Of a DNA stretch of 64,000 nucleotides, positions 24,839-32,914 are shown piece by piece; the first letter of the stretch is position 1, and the number at the start of each line of letters is the position of its first letter. The notes beneath the pieces are model-generated. The model ran no database searches and had not been told where the DNA came from. It saw only the letters and a program-made list of their open reading frames with translations. The position numbers were made by a program, and so were the translations under genes. Origin of the DNA: a virus; the IMG/VR virus record IMGVR_UViG_3300022407_006288, positions 66,873-130,872 of that record; one strand, written 5' to 3'.

Positions 24839-25009
24839 ATGCCAAGAAAACCAAGTAACGAAGATCACCACGATGCTGACGATTCTTACGAAGATGTAAA
24901 ACGTGGCGATTATCAATATAAACCTTCACCCGAAGTAGAAAAAAAGAAAAGTTGGGATCGTGAAACCATGTACGATAATAGTAGCGACGATTACGACGAC
25001 TACAGGTAA
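24839..25009 (+). CDS. Small acidic hypothetical protein (56 aa)
   Basis: MPRKPSNEDHHDADDSYED...; below track cutoff. Confidence 0.6.
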   Translation: MPRKPSNEDHHDADDSYEDVKRGDYQYKPSPEVEKKKSWDRETMYDNSSDDYDDYR

Positions 25010-25024
25010 AATGTTTTACCAAAT

Positions 25025-25052
25025 AAAAAGGAGCCCTAGGGCTCCTTTTTTT
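25025..25052. terminator. Bidirectional terminator between convergent genes
   Basis: AAAAAGGAGCCC-TA-GGGCTCCTTTTTTT. Confidence 0.88.
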
Positions 25053-25066
25053 CTTGCTTGTAACTT

Positions 25067-25933
25067 TTAAGAAACAATTGGTATAGCTGTTGCTGTTACA
25101 CTTGCAGGAGGTGCTGCAAAAGTAATTGTAGCTGATACATAACCAGTACCGCCAACTATGTTGGTAATTCCTGTTACTGCTCCGCTGGCGTTTATTACTG
25201 CTGTAGCAGAAGCACCTGTACCCGGACCACCAATAGTCACTATTGGTGCAACTGAGTAATAGTTGCCGCCAACAAGACTGGTAATACTAGTAAATGCTCC
25301 AGCATTAACGACAGCAGTAGCTGTTGCTGTAACCGCTGCGGCTGGCGCAGCAATTGTGGCTGTTGCGTTTGTTGCATATCCCGAACCTGGATTTCCAACA
25401 GTGATAGCAGTTACAACGCCACCAACAACTGTTGTTGTCAATATAGCACCTGTACCCGGCGGGCTTGAAATAGTAATTGATGGTACAGATGTATATCCGC
25501 GACCGCCATTAGTAATTTGAAAGCTAAGAATTTGTCCAGCCACACCCATATTAATTAGGTCAGCTTGCCCCAATGCAACAGCCGGCCGTGTTGACCAGGT
25601 ATAGCTGACAACTGTACCATTTTCAAAAACATCAACACGATATTGTGCTATCTTTGAGCAAGGTACTGGTGAACCTCCAAACGGAGTTGCAAGAATAAAA
25701 CATTCTCCCGTATTTAGCGCACTAATACTTGATGCATTAACCATGAATACAATTTCAGGTGCATGTATTTGTGCTGAATCTTGAACCATATAAGCACTTG
25801 AACCTGTTTGTTTTACAATGAATGCATCCGAGTATGATACGCCATCAGCAAATTTAACACCGTTTACTCTTATATGATTTGATCCAGGACCAACTGGTTC
25901 TCCGAACCATTTTTTCTGAATTGGTTTTCCCAT
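25067..25933 (-). CDS. Virion structural protein with repeated beta-sandwich units
   Basis: ITNGGRGYT / VGNPGSGY / VGGNYY / VGGTGY repeats; minus-strand GATAAATA at 26013-26020. Confidence 0.7.
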   Translation of the reverse strand: MGKPIQKKWFGEPVGPGSNHIRVNGVKFADGVSYSDAFIVKQTGSSAYMVQDSAQIHAPEIVFMVNASSISALNTGECFILATPFGGSPVPCSKIAQYRVDVFENGTVVSYTWSTRPAVALGQADLINMGVAGQILSFQITNGGRGYTSVPSITISSPPGTGAILTTTVVGGVVTAITVGNPGSGYATNATATIAAPAAAVTATATAVVNAGAFTSITSLVGGNYYSVAPIVTIGGPGTGASATAVINASGAVTGITNIVGGTGYVSATITFAAPPASVTATAIPIVS

Positions 25934-26033
25934 GTTATTTTCCTTTTGAATGGGTACTCCTCGATTGAGGGATCTCCATCATTCAGGGTGGAACTATTTC
26001 CACCATGTACGTTATTTATCAAATAATTTCCAC

Positions 26034-26062
26034 TTGACACACTTTACTAGCCACAATACAAT
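26034..26062 (+). promoter_or_regulatory. sigma70 promoter of rIIA/rIIB
   Basis: TTGACA-17 bp-TACAAT. Confidence 0.85.
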
Positions 26063-26097
26063 GAATGTACATTTTTAAACTATAGAAAGACTTTAAA

Positions 26098-28227
26098 ATG
26101 AAACTTGATGTCGCAGTAAAAGAAGTTACACTTTCAAATGTGGGAACGACTGGCGAATTTCGTATTCGCAATTCAGCAAAGGCATTTTCAATTCTTAGTT
26201 CGGGACTGTATTCTAACAAGATACGGGCAATTGTTAGGGAACTATCGTGCAATGCAGTCGATAGTCATGTTGCTGCCGGTAAAAAAGATCTGCCCTTTGA
26301 GGTACACCTGCCATCCATGTTTGAACCATGGTTTTCTGTAAAAGATTTTGGAACCGGACTTAGCGGTGATCAAATTGTGGGCATTTACACTACCTACTTT
26401 GAATCCTCAAAAACTGATTCCAATGACTTTATTGGCGCACTTGGACTTGGATCAAAGTCTCCATTTAGTTACACAGATAATTTTACTGTAACAGCAGTTA
26501 AAAATAACATTAAGGTTATTTATAGTGCCTACATTAATGATGCGGGCATTCCGTGTGTTGCCGAAATGGGTGCAGAAACTACTGATGAACCAAACGGTGT
26601 AGAAGTTAAATTTGCTGTTACCAATCGCAATGATTATTATAGTTTTCAACGCGAAGCAGCTTATGTTTTTACATGGTTTAAAAATAAACCCACTATCACG
26701 GGTATAACTGATTTTGTTCACAGTTCACCGGAATACAGCGAAGAAAATATTATTCCCGGAGTACATGTAAAGAAACAAGAAGGATATTATTCGCATTGTG
26801 CTGTGTTGATGGGCAACATTTGTTATCCATTGTCTGCCATGCCGCACCCAGAAAAAACGCTAGGAGATCTTGCACATTTGCTTGATTGCAACCTAGTCAT
26901 GGAGTTTGGCATTGGCGAACTTGATTTTGCAGCTTCTCGGGAAGAGCTAAGTTATGTACCGCTGACAATTAACAGCATTAAGGCCAAACTTGAGCAGTTA
27001 AATGAAAATTTGGCAGCACACTTGGCAACACAAGCAAGTGCCATTACAGGTGATTGGCAACGTGCATTTTTCCTGCATGAACGTGCCCAGACCAAACTAT
27101 ATAAATCTGCCGTTAAAAAGTATGTGCTTGATACAAATTTTAAATTATTTGATACAACTTCTGCATACGGTAAGACCGGTTTTAAATTTACCGAGTCCAA
27201 CTTAATTTCTCGCAAGCTTGATATTAAGGCATTTCGTGTTCGCACAAATACCACAAGTAATGTTGATGGTTCAATTAGTTATGTTGGTAATGTCAGTCAC
27301 TACACAATAGAAATTCCTGTTGAAAAAGATGTTGTCATTGTTCTAAATGATTTGAAGACTGGATGCTTGTCACGCGCTCGCCGGCATATGATTGCCAACC
27401 ATAAAAGCGGTGCACTTGTATTTTGCATTTCTCATGCGAACACAGATCCTGCTGTTCGATCTGCCGAATATGACAAGTTGATCAAAGAACTGGCTCATCC
27501 ACCCATTGTTATCAAGGCAAGTGAACTAGACAATGCGCCACGTGCTAAAAATGGCCCTGTATCCGGTGTTATGGAACTCGAATACGACTCCAGCAGAAAA
27601 CGATCGGGGCAACCCAACTATCGTTGGGTAACACACTCACAAGATATTGACGAAGATCAAATTTACTATTATGTATCTTTGAATGGTAATACAGCAAGCG
27701 ATCAGTCATGTAATATCATTGATATCATTGATATCAATAACACAATGAACAAATGCAAAATTTCTGCTATTTCTAATATTAAAATCTTTGGTGTTAGGAA
27801 AGCCTGTTACAAGCAAATTAAAGATCTAGAAAATTGGATACCGCTTGAAGACAAACTCAAAGAAGAAACTACTAAAATTATAGATCATGACATTATGTCG
27901 TATGTTGCAGCGGAGGAACTTGACTCTTATTACAATCGAGTTTACACTAATGCAGATGTTGCATCACTTGTGGGCACTAATTCAAACTACTATAAATATG
28001 TCACTGAAATGGCAAAAATTAAAAAAGCAACAGGTGATGTAAATGCAATTGTAAAACTTTGCAGTATGTATGGTAATGTTGTTTCGGTTGATGCAGCAAA
28101 ACGTAAGTTAACTAATGCAACAGCCTTTATAAAGAAGCAATACCCGTTGTTAAAGTATCTGCATAACGCCCCTGAAGCAGATGCAGCTGAATATATTAAA
28201 CTAATTGATAACCAGGAGAAAATTTAA
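26098..28227 (+). CDS. rIIA: RIIA-like protein (GHKL ATPase N-terminus)
   Basis: LYSNKIRAIVRELSCNAVDSH, VKDFGTGLS, GALGLGSKSPFSY. Confidence 0.92.
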   Translation: MKLDVAVKEVTLSNVGTTGEFRIRNSAKAFSILSSGLYSNKIRAIVRELSCNAVDSHVAAGKKDLPFEVHLPSMFEPWFSVKDFGTGLSGDQIVGIYTTYFESSKTDSNDFIGALGLGSKSPFSYTDNFTVTAVKNNIKVIYSAYINDAGIPCVAEMGAETTDEPNGVEVKFAVTNRNDYYSFQREAAYVFTWFKNKPTITGITDFVHSSPEYSEENIIPGVHVKKQEGYYSHCAVLMGNICYPLSAMPHPEKTLGDLAHLLDCNLVMEFGIGELDFAASREELSYVPLTINSIKAKLEQLNENLAAHLATQASAITGDWQRAFFLHERAQTKLYKSAVKKYVLDTNFKLFDTTSAYGKTGFKFTESNLISRKLDIKAFRVRTNTTSNVDGSISYVGNVSHYTIEIPVEKDVVIVLNDLKTGCLSRARRHMIANHKSGALVFCISHANTDPAVRSAEYDKLIKELAHPPIVIKASELDNAPRAKNGPVSGVMELEYDSSRKRSGQPNYRWVTHSQDIDEDQIYYYVSLNGNTASDQSCNIIDIIDINNTMNKCKISAISNIKIFGVRKACYKQIKDLENWIPLEDKLKEETTKIIDHDIMSYVAAEELDSYYNRVYTNADVASLVGTNSNYYKYVTEMAKIKKATGDVNAIVKLCSMYGNVVSVDAAKRKLTNATAFIKKQYPLLKYLHNAPEADAAEYIKLIDNQEKI

Positions 28228-29336
28228 TGACTAAGGCAATTCCGTATATTAAGCAGGGTGATAACATTACCCTTGTTGTTGATAGCAAAAGTTATACTGT
28301 CAACAAAAGCACCCATATCGGTTACAATAAAATTGTAGATGCACTAAAAGCCGGCGAATGGGAATCAGTTCGAGATCTACTTGATCCAAAAACAACACTT
28401 GAATTTTATGGTTCTGGTTATGTATCCATTAAAGGCAATCAGGTATTTTGGAATAACAAACCATTTCATAATGCATTGGCACACCGTATGGTTGAAATGC
28501 TTCAAGAAGGATTTTCAATTGATCCCATGGTTGCATTTATGGAAAATTTGATGGAAAATCCCTCAAAGCGATCAGTAGATCAAGTTTATACTTTTCTAGA
28601 AAAGAACAACTTGCCTATTACCGAAGACGGGCATTTTCTTGCATATAAGCGTGTTACTGAAGATTATATGGATTGTCATACCAGAAGCATTGACAATAGC
28701 ATTGGGCAGACAGTGGAAATGAATCGCAACATGGTGGATGATAATCCAAACTCATATTGTTCTTCTGGACTACATTTTTGCAGCGAAAGTTATCTAGAGC
28801 ACTTTGGCGGTAACAATCAGCCTGTTATGATTTTAAAAATTAATCCAGCTGATGTTGTCAGTGTACCAACAGACTACAATGGCGCCAAAGGTCGCTGCTG
28901 TAAGTACACCGTGATTGCACAGGTGGAAGGTGATCCAAAGAATGCATTTTCGGAAGCAGTAGATCAGACTTATGATCCGGTACGTACCAAGCTTCAAGAA
29001 TCAGCACCCTGGCCGTTTGATACAAAAACTGATGATTATACAACCGACTACAGTTTTAATGCAGATTCATTGATTGAAGATGATGACTTTGATGATATCG
29101 ACGAAGATGATGAAGATGATCTTATTGAAGATTCTTGGGCATCTAATTTGCCGTCTAATGCAGATTATGATTCAGAAGATGAACTATACGATTTAGTTCG
29201 TGTGTCAAATCCATACATATGTGAATATGAAGGTATGACCATTGAAGAAGCACGAGATCGACTTGATAAGAATGTTCGAAATAAAAAAGCTGCATTAAAG
29301 ATTGTGAGAGCCGGAACGCTTGATGAAGTTTATTAA
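28227..29336 (+). CDS. rIIB: RIIB-like protein
   Basis: LPITEDGHFLAYK, CSSGLHFC, KINPADVVSVPTDYN..KGRCCKY. Confidence 0.92.
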   Translation: MTKAIPYIKQGDNITLVVDSKSYTVNKSTHIGYNKIVDALKAGEWESVRDLLDPKTTLEFYGSGYVSIKGNQVFWNNKPFHNALAHRMVEMLQEGFSIDPMVAFMENLMENPSKRSVDQVYTFLEKNNLPITEDGHFLAYKRVTEDYMDCHTRSIDNSIGQTVEMNRNMVDDNPNSYCSSGLHFCSESYLEHFGGNNQPVMILKINPADVVSVPTDYNGAKGRCCKYTVIAQVEGDPKNAFSEAVDQTYDPVRTKLQESAPWPFDTKTDDYTTDYSFNADSLIEDDDFDDIDEDDEDDLIEDSWASNLPSNADYDSEDELYDLVRVSNPYICEYEGMTIEEARDRLDKNVRNKKAALKIVRAGTLDEVY

Positions 29337-29377
29337 TAAATAAACAAACGAGATTGTATTAATTTTATTGTATTTTA

Positions 29378-29770
29378 ATGAGAAAAGTACTACTTTCAAT
29401 ATTAATATTTTATTCTCTAAATATATCGGCTAAGGATATTGACACATATCCTGCTGCCGATATTTTGCCATTACCTATATATCAAATATTTGATGATAAC
29501 ATAATCTTAAATATATCTAATTTTCAGGATCTTGCAATTAAAGAAGAAAAAATTAATAGATGTATTTCTACATATATTGAAAAACAAACAAAATACTTTT
29601 CTAAAATTACTCAAAACAATCTTTATGATTTAATGAATAGTTTTGATAGAATTATTTCTAAAATATACGGTAAAAAACCTGATGTTGACAATACTCCTTA
29701 CAGTGAAAAAATAGAATCACTTGCAAAAACACAATGTGAAACATATTTCCATATGGGGATACTAAAATAA
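29378..29770 (+). CDS. Hypothetical exported protein
   Basis: Signal-peptide-like N-terminus; very AT-rich. Confidence 0.6.
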   Translation: MRKVLLSILIFYSLNISAKDIDTYPAADILPLPIYQIFDDNIILNISNFQDLAIKEEKINRCISTYIEKQTKYFSKITQNNLYDLMNSFDRIISKIYGKKPDVDNTPYSEKIESLAKTQCETYFHMGILK

Positions 29771-29822
29771 ATTATAAATTAATCGTGTATCTTGAATTCT
29801 TTTTATCCATTAATGATAAATA

Positions 29823-29910
29823 ATAGTAACATACTACCTTAGGACCGTATGTGGCTACTGCCGTAAAATGCAGGCGTCGTGGGAAAGTGATTCGCTACCA
29901 CTTTCCCACA
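29823..29910 (+). ncRNA. Candidate late-promoter-driven structured RNA/leader
   Basis: GC-rich island after GATAAATA (29815-29822); perfect 11-bp stem GTGGGAAAGTG/CACTTTCCCAC. Confidence 0.4.
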
Positions 29911-29929
29911 TTATTTTATAGAAGATAAT

Positions 29930-30109
29930 ATGAAAATATACGAATTATTTGAAAAAACAGCAGCTACAGTAAAAAAGCTTGTAGAGCCTTCTAAACCTCG
30001 AAATTTTGTTGCCAAAAACGCCAAGATGGGCGGCGCCGGCGCGCATAAAGATAGAAAGAAAGCTCAAAAGCAAGGCGATACCAAACATAAGAACACAGAT
30101 CAGGATTAA
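29930..30109 (+). CDS. Small basic protein (59 aa)
   Basis: MKIYELFE...PRNFVAKNAKMGGAGAHKDRKK; not in track. Confidence 0.75.
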   Translation: MKIYELFEKTAATVKKLVEPSKPRNFVAKNAKMGGAGAHKDRKKAQKQGDTKHKNTDQD

Positions 30110-30192
30110 TTGATTTTACCATAATCAACTCAAGATTATTTGTATTCTTTGATATAATCAGCTAAAATAGTTAAGTACAATAAGGCACTACT

Positions 30193-31341
30193 ATGGCAGC
30201 AAAACAACAAACAATTTCCTATTCAATGTGGCCAAAACCAGATTTTGCAAATGTGGTTTTGACTAAAAAAGATTATAGATCCGCGCTTAACGGTGCATTG
30301 CTATATGCTCACTATGAAATGTCCGCTTCAGAATTAAAAAAAGAAGTTGTAAAATATTTAAAATCTGTGGATGTAAAACATCCTCTGATAGATAGAATCA
30401 AAGATATTAACGAAAATCGTTTTATCACTTACGGCAAGTATATGTATATCTTAAACCATAAAGGTGATGTACCGGAAGATGTTGTTGTAAAACTTTTGCC
30501 ATCCATGGAAAAAACAATTGAAGAGGAAGAAGCACGCCTTGCAGCTAAAGAAAAAGAGGCTGGGTCAGCAAGCGTCGATAGCGTTGACGAAGTGCCCAAG
30601 ACAGTTATTTCAATTCAGGACAGGCTTCGCGAAAAATCTAGAGAAGTTGCAGGAGAAATTGAAGGTTGGATTGATGATTTTTGTGCAAATAAAAAAGCAT
30701 CATCAAAGACTGTAGAGGATTTTGTAAATTTATTTAAGACTTACGAATTAAAAGCACCGCATATGCGACATATGCAATCTCTATTTGAACGGCGTGCAAC
30801 TGAAGTATATGACGCAGTGGGTGGTGAAGATAAAGAGTTAACCGATGGGTATTCAAATTTTACAAAACCAGAATTAAAAAAATACGAGTTATTTCACAGG
30901 AATTTGTTTAAGGCATGCGAGATGTTGCAGGAAGCAGCCAAGATTGAACGCGCACCACGTAAAAAGAAACCAGTGTCCCAGGAAAAGCTTGTTGCCAAAC
31001 TCAAATACAAAAAAGACGATAGCACACTGGGTATTGTTAGTATGAATCCTGTACATATCATTGGGGCAAAAGAGGTTTGGGTATACAACACCAAAACTAA
31101 AAAACTTGCACAATATAAAGCCATGGATGAACGAGGGCTACTTGTTAAAGGGGCTAGTTTAGAAAATTATTCGTCTGAATCTGCAGAAAAAACACTCCGT
31201 AAACCTGCAGACACTCTCGCTGAATTTAAAAAAGCAAGTAAGGTAAAACTTAGAACTTTTTTAAAGGAATTAACAACAGTAGATGTACCCTGCGGCGGAA
31301 AGCTAAATGAGAATCATGTTATTTTGAGAATTGACAAATAA
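30193..31341 (+). CDS. Conserved phage hypothetical protein
   Basis: 382-aa ORF with RBS. Confidence 0.8.
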   Translation: MAAKQQTISYSMWPKPDFANVVLTKKDYRSALNGALLYAHYEMSASELKKEVVKYLKSVDVKHPLIDRIKDINENRFITYGKYMYILNHKGDVPEDVVVKLLPSMEKTIEEEEARLAAKEKEAGSASVDSVDEVPKTVISIQDRLREKSREVAGEIEGWIDDFCANKKASSKTVEDFVNLFKTYELKAPHMRHMQSLFERRATEVYDAVGGEDKELTDGYSNFTKPELKKYELFHRNLFKACEMLQEAAKIERAPRKKKPVSQEKLVAKLKYKKDDSTLGIVSMNPVHIIGAKEVWVYNTKTKKLAQYKAMDERGLLVKGASLENYSSESAEKTLRKPADTLAEFKKASKVKLRTFLKELTTVDVPCGGKLNENHVILRIDK

Positions 31342-31407
31342 CCAGCGACTAATGTACAACTATGTAACATAAACGATAAATAATGTATCACTGGAGTTGA
31401 TACCTTT

Positions 31408-32160
31408 ATGTCTTCACAAGTTACACCAAAAGTTTTATTAATGAAGCGAATCGAGCTTGGTCTCGGTGCGCAAATGGTCGATATTGAGCTTGACGTTGAA
31501 CATTATAATCTTGCAATTGCGTTAGCAATTCAAAAATTGCGACAGCAATCAGATGGATCCATGATAGAAAAAGATATATTTTTACACATTACACGAGATG
31601 TAACAGAGTATACGCTCCCTGAAGAAGTGCAAGAAATTAGACGTCTTTATCGTCGTGGTGTCGGTGCATATACCAATGGCGGTATCAATTTTGACCCTGT
31701 AGATGCTGCATTTTATAATATATATTTATTGCAACCAAATAGATCTGGTGGTTTAGCAACCTGGGACTTTTATAACGAATTTTTAGAAACAACCGAACGA
31801 CTTTTTGCAAGTCAGTATAACTTTACATGGGATGTTAATTCGCATAAACTAACAATTATTCGTCGACCAACTGCTGACGAAGAAGTTGTTGTGCGAGTAT
31901 ATGTTAGAAAATCCGAAGATGATATGATTAACGATCCGTATACTGGTCCCTGGTTGATATCCTATGCTACTGCCAAAGCAAAATATATATTAGGTGAGGC
32001 TCGAGATAAATTTCCCGGAGGTTTCCCAGGACCAAACGGAAGTGTTACACTAAATGGATCAGCACTTAAACAAGAAGCACAAGCCGAAATTGAAAAACTT
32101 GAAACACAGTTATTGAATCTTGTAACAAGTGGCGATGGATACTCCTTCGTTATTGGCTAA
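31408..32160 (+). CDS. Neck protein (T4 gp13-like)
   Basis: LGAQMVDIELD, YATAKAKYILGEARDKF...GPNGSVTLNG..LKQEAQAEIEKLE. Confidence 0.85.
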   Translation: MSSQVTPKVLLMKRIELGLGAQMVDIELDVEHYNLAIALAIQKLRQQSDGSMIEKDIFLHITRDVTEYTLPEEVQEIRRLYRRGVGAYTNGGINFDPVDAAFYNIYLLQPNRSGGLATWDFYNEFLETTERLFASQYNFTWDVNSHKLTIIRRPTADEEVVVRVYVRKSEDDMINDPYTGPWLISYATAKAKYILGEARDKFPGGFPGPNGSVTLNGSALKQEAQAEIEKLETQLLNLVTSGDGYSFVIG

Positions 32161-32187
32161 ATTGAATAAAAATTTAGAAAGTAGTCT

Positions 32188-32826
32188 ATGATTCGACTTA
32201 TCGGTGTTATCGGTTTCATCAATGGTGGTAAAGGCACAGTTGCATCACATCTTGTAAACGAATATGATTTTAAGCAAGAAAGTTTTGCATCTAGTTTAAA
32301 AGACGCATGTGCCTGTATTTTTGATTGGCCCAGAGATATGCTGGAAGGAGACACTAGAAAATCCAGAGAGTGGAGAGAGATTGTTGATCCGTGGTGGTCT
32401 GAAAAACTAGGTATTCCTGATTTTAGTCCACGACTTGCACTACAGGTAATTGGGACAAATGTACTGCGATCACATTTTCATGAGGACTTGTGGTTCTTAA
32501 CATTACAAAATAGGATCAGAAAAAATCCCAATCAGTGTGTGGTAATTAGCGATGTACGTTTTCCAAATGAGATTAAATTTATACAAGATCAGGGCGGTAT
32601 ATTGGTTAGGGTCCGACGTGGCCCTGAGCCTGAGTGGTACAATACCGCATTATTGGCAAACAAAGGTGATCAATCAGCATTAGATATAATGTATAATACC
32701 TATTCGTCAATACATTTTAGCGAATGGGCATGGATAGGTGCTAATATAAATTATGAATTGAATAATAACAGAGACATTGAGTCTCTTCATGCACAAATAA
32801 AAGATCTAGTAGATAGTATATCATAA
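32188..32826 (+). CDS. Deoxynucleoside monophosphate kinase (T4 gp1-like)
   Basis: GFINGGKGT P-loop variant, FASSLKD, PRLALQVIGT, SDVRFPNE. Confidence 0.9.
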   Translation: MIRLIGVIGFINGGKGTVASHLVNEYDFKQESFASSLKDACACIFDWPRDMLEGDTRKSREWREIVDPWWSEKLGIPDFSPRLALQVIGTNVLRSHFHEDLWFLTLQNRIRKNPNQCVVISDVRFPNEIKFIQDQGGILVRVRRGPEPEWYNTALLANKGDQSALDIMYNTYSSIHFSEWAWIGANINYELNNNRDIESLHAQIKDLVDSIS

Positions 32827-32865
32827 TTTCATCTCTTTGTTTGCCGTGTATTTAACACTTGCCTT

Positions 32866-32873
32866 GATAAATA
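32866..32873 (+). promoter_or_regulatory. T4-like late promoter (representative GATAAATA)
   Basis: Same octamer precedes many structural genes, e.g. 31375, 35810, 36676, 39369, 43584, 58655, 59364, 60071, 62959. Confidence 0.8.
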
Positions 32874-32914
32874 CTATTAACAAGAAACATAATTCTTTAA
32901 GGAGTTAAATTACA

